DNA from: Bdellovibrionales bacterium
GTDB lineage: Bacteria > Bdellovibrionota > Bdellovibrionia > Bdellovibrionales > UBA1609
Length of the DNA: 64,000 nt
Direction of reading: 5' to 3'
Assembly (NCBI GenBank): GCA_965205945.1
Contig: CBDBIB010000001.1
Coordinates: 64,525-128,524 of the forward strand
Shown here piece by piece: positions 28,957-39,626 of this stretch (positions within the stretch are counted from its first letter, which is position 1; each line of letters starts with the position of its first letter). Made by a program: the position numbers and the translations under genes. The notes under the pieces are model-generated. The model had not been told where the DNA came from and did not search any database. It saw nothing but the letters and a program-made list of their open reading frames with translations.

Positions 28957-30195
28957 TTATTCTAATCTAGTTTCAGATTGTATAAAACTTAACCAACCTC
29001 TTGCGGCTTCAGACTTATCTGCGATTACTATAAAGCTCTGCCTTGAAAGATCTAATTTACTTAAATTAAAATAAGCTACACCAAGACCCATATAAATTTG
29101 CTCTTTATCCTCTAAGTTAAGCTTCATATCTTTAATAGATTGAAAAATAACTCTGGCCTCAACCCATTTCTCTTCTGCTAAAAGAATCTGTCCTAATTGA
29201 ATTGAAGTCCTCACTTCAGGATTAGTTTTATGAATTTCCTTTAAAATTTTAAGAGCTTTTTTATTTTCACGAGCACTCATATATGCAGAAGCCAATTGCT
29301 TTTGAGCTTTTAAAGTTCCTCTTTCTTTTTTAGTAAGCTTGTTCTCAATCCACATAGCCGCTTTATATGGAATATCAGTAGAAATCATTAAGCTTGAAGC
29401 ATTTTGAATTTGTTTATCACCACCAACAGTTCCCATTAAATAGCCCATCTCTAAAACTACTAATCCCTTTGCTTCTTCACCAGTTGATAAATGACCTGCA
29501 GCCCATTGTTTCCAATACACTTCCTTTGTTGGATTCTGAGCAACGAGTATTTTTAAAGCTTTAGTCGCCTCTTTATATTTTTCATTTGCAAAATATAAAC
29601 TAACAGCCATTGCAAGCCAAGACTCTTTAGGCTCTGTAGTTAAATCAATGGCTTTTTGAATAGCTTTTAACGCTTCTTTTTTCTTTTTTTGCCCATATAA
29701 AGCACCTGCTAAAATTGCATAAACTTGACTATTTGAGCTTGGAGCTACTTTTAACCAAAAACTTATTATTTCTTCTGTTTTTTTATATTTTGAATTCATC
29801 ATTTCAAGTTGAGCAATAATATAAATAATGGATAGTGTCGCAGCTTGTGGTAATGAGTCTATATCTAATGTTTTTTCAAAAGCTTTTAATGCTTTTTGGT
29901 TCTGCCCTTTTTGTGCATATGCATAAGCTAATGCTTGAACTACTTGAGCATTCTCTGATGGATTTAACACAGTTCTTACTTCAAGCTTTTTAAACATTGC
30001 AAACGCTCTTTTTATTTGACCAGAACTTAAATCTTCTTGAGCTCTAATTAAAAGCTTATGTGTTCTTTCTGACAGTGAGGCACCTGGTCGCTTTGAGATT
30101 TTTTTCTTAAAGACTTTTGTATCTTGTGAAAAATTAAATGCTTGAGACGATATGCAAAAACCATAAATTAATATAAAAAAACCTAGTTTCTTCAT
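28957..30195 (-). CDS. TPR-repeat protein of a TonB2-type system (TtpD-like position)
   Basis: 412 aa; signal peptide and TPR-like repeats. The start codon overlaps the tonB stop. Confidence 0.6.
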   Translation of the reverse strand: MKKLGFFILIYGFCISSQAFNFSQDTKVFKKKISKRPGASLSERTHKLLIRAQEDLSSGQIKRAFAMFKKLEVRTVLNPSENAQVVQALAYAYAQKGQNQKALKAFEKTLDIDSLPQAATLSIIYIIAQLEMMNSKYKKTEEIISFWLKVAPSSNSQVYAILAGALYGQKKKKEALKAIQKAIDLTTEPKESWLAMAVSLYFANEKYKEATKALKILVAQNPTKEVYWKQWAAGHLSTGEEAKGLVVLEMGYLMGTVGGDKQIQNASSLMISTDIPYKAAMWIENKLTKKERGTLKAQKQLASAYMSARENKKALKILKEIHKTNPEVRTSIQLGQILLAEEKWVEARVIFQSIKDMKLNLEDKEQIYMGLGVAYFNLSKLDLSRQSFIVIADKSEAARGWLSFIQSETRLE

Positions 30196-30836
30196 TAAGC
30201 ACCGTCCAATTTAAAATCAATTTGAATACCATGCCCTTTTACAGCATATGGTCTTCCATTTTTTATAGGTGGTTTATATTTATATTTACTCGCCGCACCT
30301 ACAGCTGCACGATCAAAGACCCTTCTCGGGCTTGAATTTACCACTCTTACATTACTAACTGATCCATCAGGTTGAATATCAACTAACATCTGAACAAAAC
30401 CCTCTAAACCTTTCATAGCTGCTTGTCTTGGATACTGAGGATCAACCTTTACTATTGGCACCATTTCTGAATCTAAAGATCCTACAGCACTAACCCCACC
30501 AAGAAACGGCCCTCCGCCTAAATCTAAACCCAATGCCAACGGTACAACCTGCATTTGCGGGTTAGTGTTTTTAGGTTTATTTACTTTAGCTATCTTAGGC
30601 TTTGGAACATCTGGCTGTTTTTCAACTTTAGGAGGCACCTTAGGCTTAATACGTTCACGTTCATTTAATTCACTTAAACGAATATTTCTTAAAAAGGAAA
30701 GATCCATTTTATCTTTTTTATTAAGCGCTGTTGATGGCTCAGAAATGATATAACCAACTCCTAAAAAAACTAAAGGGACAACCATTAAAGCCCCCCAGAT
30801 ATTAAGATTTTTTTTATAACCTAATGAAAACTTCAC
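30195..30836 (-). CDS. tonB: TonB energy transducer
   Basis: N-terminal TM segment, Pro/Lys-rich spacer KPKVPPKVEKQPDVPKPK, and a C-terminal YPRQAAMKGLEGFV domain. Confidence 0.85.
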   Translation of the reverse strand: MKFSLGYKKNLNIWGALMVVPLVFLGVGYIISEPSTALNKKDKMDLSFLRNIRLSELNERERIKPKVPPKVEKQPDVPKPKIAKVNKPKNTNPQMQVVPLALGLDLGGGPFLGGVSAVGSLDSEMVPIVKVDPQYPRQAAMKGLEGFVQMLVDIQPDGSVSNVRVVNSSPRRVFDRAAVGAASKYKYKPPIKNGRPYAVKGHGIQIDFKLDGA

Positions 30837-31252
30837 TAGTTAGTCGACTCCTTTGCAGCAATGGAAATATCCTGCACTCCGGCAAGTTTAATTTGATCCA
30901 TAACCTTAACTAAAACACCTGTTTTAGATCCTACATCAGCCTGGATTATTACAGCTCCCTCAGGACTTTCAGCATGAAGCCTCTCTATGTTTGCCCTAAC
31001 TGATCTAACATCCACTTGCCTCTTATCAACCCAAATCTCGTCATTAACTCCAATAGCTACAAATATAGAGGCGTTTTCTTTTTTCTTAGCAGCTTTTGCT
31101 GAGGGACGGTTAACTTGTAGACCCGCTTCTTTTACAAATGAAGTAGTTACAATAAAGAAAATCAACATGATAAACGTAACATCCAGCATTGGTGTTAAAT
31201 CTATTCCAGCTTCATTAGATGAACTCTTTCTTCTTCTCATCTTACTCTCCAC
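30836..31252 (-). CDS. exbD: ExbD/TolR biopolymer transport protein
   Basis: 138 aa; IDLTPMLDVTFIMLIFFIV motif. Confidence 0.9.
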   Translation of the reverse strand: MESKMRRRKSSSNEAGIDLTPMLDVTFIMLIFFIVTTSFVKEAGLQVNRPSAKAAKKKENASIFVAIGVNDEIWVDKRQVDVRSVRANIERLHAESPEGAVIIQADVGSKTGVLVKVMDQIKLAGVQDISIAAKESTN

Positions 31253-31763
31253 CTTTTAATTCAAAAGTTTCTGATAAAGTTAACTCAAGTTTTGCTCTAT
31301 CATTTTTGAGTTTATTAATTCCAATAAGTCCAATTAAAGCAATAATCATACTTACCATTGTAGGAAGGGTTGCTTGAGAAACTCCGCCGGCCATGAGCCT
31401 TGGATTACCTAAACCTTTATGAGCCATCACATCAAAAACTGAAATCATTCCAGTTACTGTTCCAAGTAAACCAAGCAGCGGACACATAAATGTAATCACT
31501 TCAATTAAAGACACTCTTTTACTAAGCAGGCTCTTTAAACGAGAAACTGAGTACTCTCTTTCATATAAAGCTCTCCAGTCAGACCTATGTAAGTAAGTTG
31601 AACTTTTAAGTTCCTTTTTAACTAAGTCTGAAAATTCATATTTATAAAAATAAAATCTTTCTCTTAATAAAGCACTTAAAACTAAAGCTATTACAAATAA
31701 AACCCAAAGAACATCTCCTCCAGATTCCATAAGCGTTGTAAAAGGTTCAATAATTTTAAACAT
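31242..31763 (-). CDS. exbB: ExbB/MotA/TolQ proton channel (short form)
   Basis: 173 aa; LGLLGTVTGMISVF signature. Confidence 0.85.
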   Translation of the reverse strand: MFKIIEPFTTLMESGGDVLWVLFVIALVLSALLRERFYFYKYEFSDLVKKELKSSTYLHRSDWRALYEREYSVSRLKSLLSKRVSLIEVITFMCPLLGLLGTVTGMISVFDVMAHKGLGNPRLMAGGVSQATLPTMVSMIIALIGLIGINKLKNDRAKLELTLSETFELKGGE

Positions 31764-31769
31764 TATTCC

Positions 31770-33116
31770 TTAATCTTTTAAAATATTTTTAGATAATAAA
31801 CCAATACTCTGCTCTTCTAAAATTACAAGTATTCCTTCTGCTTTATTATTTAAAAAGTTATGAACTAGGAGCAAAGGTATTGCACAAATAAGACCAAGTA
31901 CTGTGGTGATTAAAGCCTGAGATATGCCGCCAGCCATAATTGCAGGATTACCAGTTCCAAAAAGAGTAATAGACTGAAAAGTTGCAATCATACCAGTAAC
32001 TGTTCCAAGCAAACCCATTAAAGGAGCAATTGCTGCAAAAAGTTTAATAGTTCCAAGTCTTTTTTCAAAAGGAGCAGAGTTTTTAATAAGCTGCTCTTCA
32101 AGCTTTAGCTCAACAGTACCCTTGTCTAAATTACTATATCCATTAAATGATTTTAAAATTCGACCAAGAGCATTTTCATCATTTAGAGTACTACTTTGCA
32201 TTTGATCTTTAATTTTTGATTCTTCTTTTACCAGAAAAAAAAGTCTCTCAATGCAAAGCCCAAGCCCTATTAATAAAACAATAAAAATACAATACCCAAC
32301 AGCACCACCTTGTTGAAAACGTTCAAATAAAGTAGGAGCCTCAATCAATATATTAAGCAGAGCTCCTTTTGTTGGGTCTATTGACACACTCTTAACAATT
32401 CCAGCTTGAGCAGTTTGAAGATCACCTAAACCACTCCTAAAGCGACTTGATGGTTGTCTTTGCAAATAGGATAATGACCCTGTTTCTGGGGTGAATTTTA
32501 AAAACCTATTGTCTTTAGCAATATTAAAAGAACCTATTCTAAGAACTTTTTCTTGTTTTGTCTTACCATCATTGCCAATAACATTAGTTTTATAAGATAC
32601 GACTTTTCCAGACTCTGTCATTTCTCGAATCAATTCATACCAAAGTTTTTCTAAGGCTGCTGCTGAAGGAAGAGCTTTCTTATCTGTTAAAGAGTTTAAA
32701 AATTCAGCCCTACCCTTAAACTGAGTGGAAACTACCGAGTTTTCTACAATTCCTCTAAAATCTCCTGAAACCTGTCTAACTACACCAAAAACTTCACCTA
32801 AGGTTCCAACAGCAATATTTAACTCTTCTTCTAAAATCGCTAATTGTTTCTCATTATTATCAAATATAACAGCTAACCTTTTACCTTCAGCTTCTAAAGT
32901 AGCAAGTTTAGATTTGGCTTTACCTAAAAGAGCAGCTTGGCCGTCTCTTTTTGATCTAAACTTAATTTCTCTTTGTTTCCATATAACCGAATTTTGTTGA
33001 GCTTCACCTTGAACAGATTTAAGAAGCTCATCAAGATTTTTAAGGGTTTTAGCAGAATAAGATACTGATGATAATACAGTTAAAGATGACAAAACTACTA
33101 ATGATAATAACTTCAT
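31770..33116 (-). CDS. Long MotA/TolQ/ExbB-family protein (TtpC-like)
   Basis: 448 aa; periplasmic N-terminal domain followed by a C-terminal LMGLLGTVTGMIATF channel motif. Confidence 0.75.
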   Translation of the reverse strand: MKLLSLVVLSSLTVLSSVSYSAKTLKNLDELLKSVQGEAQQNSVIWKQREIKFRSKRDGQAALLGKAKSKLATLEAEGKRLAVIFDNNEKQLAILEEELNIAVGTLGEVFGVVRQVSGDFRGIVENSVVSTQFKGRAEFLNSLTDKKALPSAAALEKLWYELIREMTESGKVVSYKTNVIGNDGKTKQEKVLRIGSFNIAKDNRFLKFTPETGSLSYLQRQPSSRFRSGLGDLQTAQAGIVKSVSIDPTKGALLNILIEAPTLFERFQQGGAVGYCIFIVLLIGLGLCIERLFFLVKEESKIKDQMQSSTLNDENALGRILKSFNGYSNLDKGTVELKLEEQLIKNSAPFEKRLGTIKLFAAIAPLMGLLGTVTGMIATFQSITLFGTGNPAIMAGGISQALITTVLGLICAIPLLLVHNFLNNKAEGILVILEEQSIGLLSKNILKD

Positions 33117-33119
33117 AAG

Positions 33120-33890
33120 TTACCCTTCTATAGCTGACTTAACAACTGGAACTGTTAATAAGGTTGGCGCTTTTTGTTTCTTAGCAATTTTAAGTCCATC
33201 TTTTAATGCGCTCTTATAAGTTCTTTCTAAATTTACAAACTTTTTATTAACTTTATCCCAACGACCAAAAGACTTCCCATCAAACCCTCTGTACATAAGA
33301 GAAAGCCTTCCAACTCTTAAAAACTCAACAGAAAGCTCATCTCCTAAAGGAGACCTCACTTTACCATTGTACGCTTCAATAGTACGACCATACTCATTCT
33401 CAATTTGATAAGCCTCAAGAACTCTTCTAAACTTTTCAGATGTTGAAACATCTGCTCTGATCATAAGCGCATCTAAATCAGCTATTCTCTTTGCTCTTTC
33501 CTCCTTTAAAAACGGCACATCAAGCTTTATAAAAGTTTTAATAGAATCTAACATCTTAGTAACAAGAGGAAGAACTTCTTTTTTAAGATTAGATACATTT
33601 TTCATTTTTTCTTTAATTAAAGCCATCTCTTTAATTTGAGACTCTATAAGACCTCTCATTTGCTGATTATAAACTTTCATATTTTCAATCTGCTTTAAAG
33701 TCGCTTTATATTCTCTTAAATCAAAGTCTATCTTATCAGCATAAATATTGATTTTCTTCTGAGAAACTCGCTCAGCCTCATCACTTTGAGTTTGAATATT
33801 TATTGCTTTCTTTAAAATTTCTTTAGATTGTTGAGCATTTGCGGCTAAAGCCCCTAAAGAAAATATTATTAAAATTATATGTTTTTTCAT
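33120..33890 (-). CDS. DUF3450-like coiled-coil periplasmic protein (TtpB-like)
   Basis: 256 aa; signal peptide, coiled-coil, first gene of the TonB2-type cluster after the receptor. Confidence 0.6.
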   Translation of the reverse strand: MKKHIILIIFSLGALAANAQQSKEILKKAINIQTQSDEAERVSQKKINIYADKIDFDLREYKATLKQIENMKVYNQQMRGLIESQIKEMALIKEKMKNVSNLKKEVLPLVTKMLDSIKTFIKLDVPFLKEERAKRIADLDALMIRADVSTSEKFRRVLEAYQIENEYGRTIEAYNGKVRSPLGDELSVEFLRVGRLSLMYRGFDGKSFGRWDKVNKKFVNLERTYKSALKDGLKIAKKQKAPTLLTVPVVKSAIEG

Positions 33891-33907
33891 TTTATATTTC
33901 CTAACAA

Positions 33908-36535
33908 TCAGAATGAGTGCCTATAATTTACGAAGGCATATCTTCCCCAATCATTGTAAATACTTGAATTTAACCCTGTATGTTTATCATAGGGAGGCGT
34001 GTTTCCAAAAATATTTTTTATACCAATTTTAAATTCACCTTTTTTTCTAATCTTAAAAAAATATGTCACATTATGCTCAACATATGTTTTAACTCTGTTA
34101 TATCTATTTGCCGTTTTTTGACCTGCTATAATGCTATGATCAAGTTTTATCATATGACCTCTAACTGGCATATATGAGATACTAATATTATTTCTCCATT
34201 TAGGAAATCCATAATCATCTAAGTAATCTACTGTTGGCAAGCCTTTAAATAAACCTTGTATATATTTAAAAGCTTGAGAGTGCTCATCAGAAACTCTAAA
34301 ATTACCAATTTTAGTTGAAAAAGCATAGGCAACTTCTAAATCAACACCAGCTTGTTTTCTTGTTGATAAATTTTGAGTTGGCACTGTTAAGCCCTTACCC
34401 CCACTCCTAATAAACCCCTTCTCATCTCGTTCAATTATAATACCACGCTCACTTAACAAAGCTTTTTTTCCAGCAAGCTCTGCTTGAGTAATCAGCTCCA
34501 AATCAGCTCCAATTACATTAGAAATGTCAGCATACCAACCATCTACCACAAAAGATAATCCTCTAATAGGCTCATAAACAGCACCTAAATTATATGTAAT
34601 CGCTTCCTCAGCCTTAAGATTTTCAGGGGCTTCATAAACAGTAAACCATTGTTGAGGTGAACAGTTTCTGTTACTTTCACTACGCCCGGTATTCTCACAT
34701 GCTTTTTGATCAATAAAAAAAGGAAAACCACTACTTCCTTTAGCATAAAGCTCCTGCATTAACGGAGCTTTATAACCTTTAGCAACAGAACTCCTTATAA
34801 TTAAGTTATCCAGAATTGAGTACTTAATAGCTGCTTGTGGACTAAATGCAGTTCCATAATCACTAAACCAGTCAAACCTTGCTGCTACTTGGAGTTCTAA
34901 TTGCTTCATAAGTGGAGCAACAACCTCTAAATAAACAGAGCCAATGTCTCTATTGCCTCCACCATTTATTCCAGCTCCACCAACAATGTTTTTAGCAGTT
35001 GTTTCAGGATCAGCCTCTGTTGCGTAGTAAAAATGGTTATATTGAGTTCCTAAAGCCATACTTATAGGAAGTCTGTTCCAAGGAAGCTCCATTAATTCAC
35101 CAGATACATTTAAATCCGTTGAGTATGTAACTGATTTTGTTTTTTGGTAAGGAGCAAATGGCGCATCTCCTAACTCGGCAATTGAATGATTTGGATTATA
35201 AGGATTAAATTTACCTGATGAAAAAACAGCATTTAAAGCATCTTTTTTAAAATACCCAGTTGGTGATGAATCTTTTGTATAAGTAACGCCATAACCTACG
35301 CTTGCATTAAAAACCCAAGTTTCTCTAAACTCTCTTTCTAATTTAGCCATAGCATTGTACGCGTTACTTTTTAAATCGTTTACCCTGTTGCCACCTGGAA
35401 CAATTCTATAGGCAAAACTCACCGGATCTGGCATTGTATTTAATTCTTCTTGAGTAAAAGCTCCCCACCCCTGAACAGCTGATTTTGCTACAGAAAGATC
35501 CCCCCCTGGGGTTGGTGCATATATCCATTGAGTATTTTGCTGAGAAAACATAGTAACAATATCTAGATTTGTTCTAGAGTTAAATTTTTTATTGTAATTA
35601 AGATATGTGGAATACTGTTGAATTTCAGGTATATTTGATGCCTTATTTGCATAGGCATAACGACAAAATTCATTGCCATCACCATCATCTTTTACGTAAA
35701 AATACTGTGAAGGATCCGCCTTACACGCTGCCACATCAGCAATCCTAAGTCTAGAGTTTCCATCAATATTTGTATACGTTGGTATAGGGCCTATTTTGCT
35801 AAATCCGATATTTCCATCGCTTGCAGCTTTAGACCATTCCCTGTCTTTAGACATAATAAATTTATTATTTCTATATTGAAAAGCCGCTGTTATAGATCCA
35901 TCTTTAAATTGCTTTCCACCTATAACAGAAAAGTCTATTCTTTCTCCGCCTTCCTCCTCAGGAACAACCAATTGCATAGAGGCCTCTGCTCCTGTAAAAT
36001 CTCTGCGTGTGTGAAGGTTAATAACTCCGCCTAAAGCATCTGATCCATAAATAGCAGAGGCTCCACTTTTTAAAATAGAAGAAGATTCAATGGCGATTTG
36101 TGGTATCAAATTTAAATCTACCGCTCCACTTATACCATTTGGTTGAAGTCTGACATTATTTAACAAAACAAGCGTATTAGTTGATCCAATGCCTCTTATA
36201 TTAATATTAGATGACCCTGCAGTTGCTACTCCTGAAGTTTCTCGCTTTGCTCCAAAAGCGCTTACTGTTAAATCCCTAAAGTAATCACCAACAGAATTAT
36301 ACGGGGAATTCTCAATGTCTTGCCTGTTTATGATTTTAACAGGAGTTGGCCCTTCAAAATCTGTTCGTTTAATTCTTGATCCGGTGACCTGAACTTTTTC
36401 AAATTTCTTTTTTACTAAAGTCTCTTCTTGAACTGTTTCTACAGCTTCTTCTTGCGCATAAGTATTAAAAAGAGCCAATATCGACACTAAAAACAAAATA
36501 TTAAATTTTGTAAGGCTATTCATTAATCTAGTCAT
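33908..36535 (-). CDS. TonB-dependent outer-membrane receptor
   Basis: 875 aa; signal peptide, plug motifs (VTGSRIKR, IRGIGSTNTLVLLNN), C-terminal YRHSF ending in Phe. Confidence 0.9.
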   Translation of the reverse strand: MTRLMNSLTKFNILFLVSILALFNTYAQEEAVETVQEETLVKKKFEKVQVTGSRIKRTDFEGPTPVKIINRQDIENSPYNSVGDYFRDLTVSAFGAKRETSGVATAGSSNINIRGIGSTNTLVLLNNVRLQPNGISGAVDLNLIPQIAIESSSILKSGASAIYGSDALGGVINLHTRRDFTGAEASMQLVVPEEEGGERIDFSVIGGKQFKDGSITAAFQYRNNKFIMSKDREWSKAASDGNIGFSKIGPIPTYTNIDGNSRLRIADVAACKADPSQYFYVKDDGDGNEFCRYAYANKASNIPEIQQYSTYLNYNKKFNSRTNLDIVTMFSQQNTQWIYAPTPGGDLSVAKSAVQGWGAFTQEELNTMPDPVSFAYRIVPGGNRVNDLKSNAYNAMAKLEREFRETWVFNASVGYGVTYTKDSSPTGYFKKDALNAVFSSGKFNPYNPNHSIAELGDAPFAPYQKTKSVTYSTDLNVSGELMELPWNRLPISMALGTQYNHFYYATEADPETTAKNIVGGAGINGGGNRDIGSVYLEVVAPLMKQLELQVAARFDWFSDYGTAFSPQAAIKYSILDNLIIRSSVAKGYKAPLMQELYAKGSSGFPFFIDQKACENTGRSESNRNCSPQQWFTVYEAPENLKAEEAITYNLGAVYEPIRGLSFVVDGWYADISNVIGADLELITQAELAGKKALLSERGIIIERDEKGFIRSGGKGLTVPTQNLSTRKQAGVDLEVAYAFSTKIGNFRVSDEHSQAFKYIQGLFKGLPTVDYLDDYGFPKWRNNISISYMPVRGHMIKLDHSIIAGQKTANRYNRVKTYVEHNVTYFFKIRKKGEFKIGIKNIFGNTPPYDKHTGLNSSIYNDWGRYAFVNYRHSF

Positions 36536-36954
36536 AAATGTCTCCCATTTTCTTTATAAAATAAAGAAGGCCTTAATATGTTAGAAAATCGTTAAAAAAT
36601 AAATTTGTTACGCAGCTCGACTTTAATAAGTTTTTGCAATTATTAAATATTTTTATTTTTTTTCACAAAGTTTTAATATCTTCTTCTTATTATATAGGCA
36701 TTACTTTGTTATCTTTTAACTTAATTTATAAAATATTTTTAAAAGGCTCACTACCTTTTACGCTTTTTTTCACCTAAATAAACTTAATAAGACTTAGGAG
36801 CACTCAACTTTAAATAAAGTTATTTTTCCAATCTCCCTAGGGACGGCTTATTACTAAATAATTTTATCTTTTTAAGGTAATTTTTTATGAATTGAAACGA
36901 GAAAAAACCCTCATCAACGATAAGAGTTTTTATTTAGGCTTTAAAAATTAGGTA

Positions 36955-38559
36955 TCAGTCTTGAAGCGCCTCTTTAACAGCCTTAAAAGCGTTTACAATA
37001 CCTTTACCATACTTATTGTCTAAATCACCGTCTACTTGCACCTTAATAACTGAAGACTTAATAATCTTCTTTACCTGCACTGCTGTAAGCTTTGGGTTTG
37101 TAGATCTTATCAAAGCAGCCACGCCTGAAACATGAGGAGCCGCCATAGATGTTCCAGAAAAATAACTATAATCTGAAGCACTGACTTCAACACTTAAAGT
37201 CACAACTGCTTCTTTAGAATTATCCTCGTTGCCCTTTAAAACTTCAACAATCCTTTCGCCTATAGATTTTTTAATCCCAACAGCAATTATATCCAAATCA
37301 TTTTCTAAGGTTCCTTTTAATTCACCATCAACATTATTAAATATAACCACAGCTGATGCATTTGCCTCCAACGCGGCTTGTGCCTTATTTGCAAACGAAA
37401 TCTCACCTCTAGAAATCAAGGCAATCTTTCCGGTTAAATCAACATCTTTAAAATCCTCAGATTTTCCAAATCCAACATACTCAACAGGCAACCCTTGTAC
37501 AACACCAACGCTAGATCCTTCCATTGAAGAAGAGTCTGTAACTACCAAATCACTATCAATAGTAACACCTATAGTCGACTCCCTCCCTGTTCCTTGTGGC
37601 AGTGAGGATAAAACATTTGCACCTGGAGCAACTACATCTAAATCAACGCCCCAGTTAGAAAAATCAGCAACATCTCTTTCTTCATTAATAGCTCCTACTG
37701 AGAGTACATGTGGGTACCTTGCTGGATATGAAATTTCATTCCTTCCATTATTTCCAGATGCTGCAACAACAACAACATTTGCTTCTTCAGCTTTTTCATA
37801 CATCTTTGCCCCTATAGCATTACCAAATGAACCACCTAAAGAAATATTTACGACGTCCATACCTTCGCCAATGGCCCAATCAATTCCTGCTATTATAGCA
37901 GTCCCTTCACAATACTCATTAGTACAAACCTTTCCCGAGTATAGTGAGGCTTGAGGTGCAACACCTACAACGCCTGTTCCAAAGCCATCAGCTAAAATAG
38001 TTCCAGCAACATGAGTTCCATGACCAGAATCATCAAAATATGGGTATGGAAACTCCAAATCTATGAAATTTGAAATAAGATTTCTACCCTCAACAAATCT
38101 TGAAGCTATATTTGGATGATCTTTATCAATGCCCGAATCTAGAACAAGAACTTTAACACCTTGACCACCTCTAGAATGTGGCCATGCAGCGGGAGCATCT
38201 AATTCTAAAATCCCCCAAGGGTAATCTACTAATTTTTTATCAAAAGAATCTTTAACAACCTCAGGTAAAAAATAATTTCTTTGTGGAGCCCTAAACCTGT
38301 TAACACTTTCAACAAATTTAATATTTAAATCAGCTTTAAGCTTAAGTAAATCACTCTTTGAATTTACATCTACAACCATAAGTTCTAAATTTTTAAAAAC
38401 TCTTACAGGAACAGTACTCACTCCCATGAAACTCATTTCTGCTGTGGCCTGTTTAAACGCACCGGGTTTAAAACCTACAACATACTCTTTAGCAAAAGCT
38501 AAAGGGCTTACTATTGTTAAAATAAATGAAGTTATTACAATCCTCTTGATTAAAATCAC
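36955..38559 (-). CDS. Secreted subtilisin-like serine protease (S8) with inserted PA domain
   Basis: GTG start and signal peptide. Catalytic triad motifs VLDSGID, HGTHVAGT and GTSMAAPHVSG. Confidence 0.9.
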   Translation of the reverse strand: MILIKRIVITSFILTIVSPLAFAKEYVVGFKPGAFKQATAEMSFMGVSTVPVRVFKNLELMVVDVNSKSDLLKLKADLNIKFVESVNRFRAPQRNYFLPEVVKDSFDKKLVDYPWGILELDAPAAWPHSRGGQGVKVLVLDSGIDKDHPNIASRFVEGRNLISNFIDLEFPYPYFDDSGHGTHVAGTILADGFGTGVVGVAPQASLYSGKVCTNEYCEGTAIIAGIDWAIGEGMDVVNISLGGSFGNAIGAKMYEKAEEANVVVVAASGNNGRNEISYPARYPHVLSVGAINEERDVADFSNWGVDLDVVAPGANVLSSLPQGTGRESTIGVTIDSDLVVTDSSSMEGSSVGVVQGLPVEYVGFGKSEDFKDVDLTGKIALISRGEISFANKAQAALEANASAVVIFNNVDGELKGTLENDLDIIAVGIKKSIGERIVEVLKGNEDNSKEAVVTLSVEVSASDYSYFSGTSMAAPHVSGVAALIRSTNPKLTAVQVKKIIKSSVIKVQVDGDLDNKYGKGIVNAFKAVKEALQD

Positions 38560-39286
38560 TGTGTCCCTCCCTAGTTAGAACTATGAGAAATTCTACATAA
38601 AGACTATTTTTTTTTTCAAGAAGGCTTTATTAATAAATGTCATTAGTATTTCTTATATCCAGTAGTTAAGCTCTAAACCTCTTACCTCTATTAACTTTTA
38701 GCCTATAAAAATCTAGGGAAATACAATTGTGCATAGCGTTTAAACCTTATTTAAAGCTGCTATTTAATTCAGTATAAAAAATATTTTTATACAATCTAAT
38801 TTTAATTTAACTTGGCGTTGTAGCACATAGAGTCTCCTAAACTGGTGGTCTAATTCCATAAATGTATAGTCTAACAGAGGTAAATTGTAACTAAAAAGTT
38901 CTATTAAACTTTGTAAAAATCCTTAAAATGCCGCAAAAAAACTGTTTGAAAAAACCTGCCCATAAAGACTACTTTGATAGTATTATGTTAATAGATTTTT
39001 AAAAATTCTAGGCAAAGCTATTATGTAGACCACCTATGTTTTAGACCTTTTAGAAGCCAAAATATTATAGAACCACGCCCTATGAGTTTTTTTATTATAC
39101 TTTTTTAGTTAATCTTTTTTAATTTCCTCCCACTTTAACCTTCCTTAATATGTTTTTTCAAATTTATTTTAAAATGGGTGATTAGTTTTAATCTTTGATC
39201 TAGAGTGAGCAGCCATATACAGCAACACCCAAAAAAAAATAGATTTTATCTAAAAAAAACTTTTAAAAAACTAAATAGGAGTATTC

Positions 39287-39613
39287 ATGCCAAATAATAA
39301 ACTAGTATGGAGTGATGAAGAGGGTGATCTTCGAAAAAAGGAAAAAACTAAATCATCGAGTTTGGTAAATGAAAAAGACATACATTTGGCTTTAAGAAGA
39401 TTAACGTACAAAAAAGGAAGAACTGTTATTGAGCTTTCAAATTTACCTAACAATAAGGATTGGTGCCTAGAGTTAGCCAAAACACTTAAAAAATCCTTAG
39501 GAGTAGGTGGAACATATAAAAACAATTCTATTCAAATCCATGGGGAAAAAATAGAGTTAGTAATAAATTTTTTAAACAAAAAGAATATTAAATGGAAAAA
39601 AACTGGTGGTTAA
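39287..39613 (+). CDS. yciH: SUI1/YciH-family translation initiation factor
   Basis: 108 aa; KKGRTVIELSNLP...LAKTLKKSLGVGGTYKNNSIQIHGEK matches the SUI1 fold pattern. Confidence 0.8.
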   Translation: MPNNKLVWSDEEGDLRKKEKTKSSSLVNEKDIHLALRRLTYKKGRTVIELSNLPNNKDWCLELAKTLKKSLGVGGTYKNNSIQIHGEKIELVINFLNKKNIKWKKTGG

Positions 39614-39626
39614 ATAGCTTTAAATA

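Noticed and set aside
36540-36700. Fur-box-like AT-rich palindrome (tttgcaattattaaatattt) upstream of the TonB-dependent receptor
   Set aside because: The match to the 19-bp Fur consensus is weak, and AT-rich spacers produce such strings by chance. It is not reportable without a genome-wide motif model.
37229-37954. 241-aa plus-strand ORF
   Set aside because: It is entirely antisense to the subtilase gene, which has a clear catalytic triad. The sequence is Ser/Thr/Pro-rich and typical of shadow ORFs.
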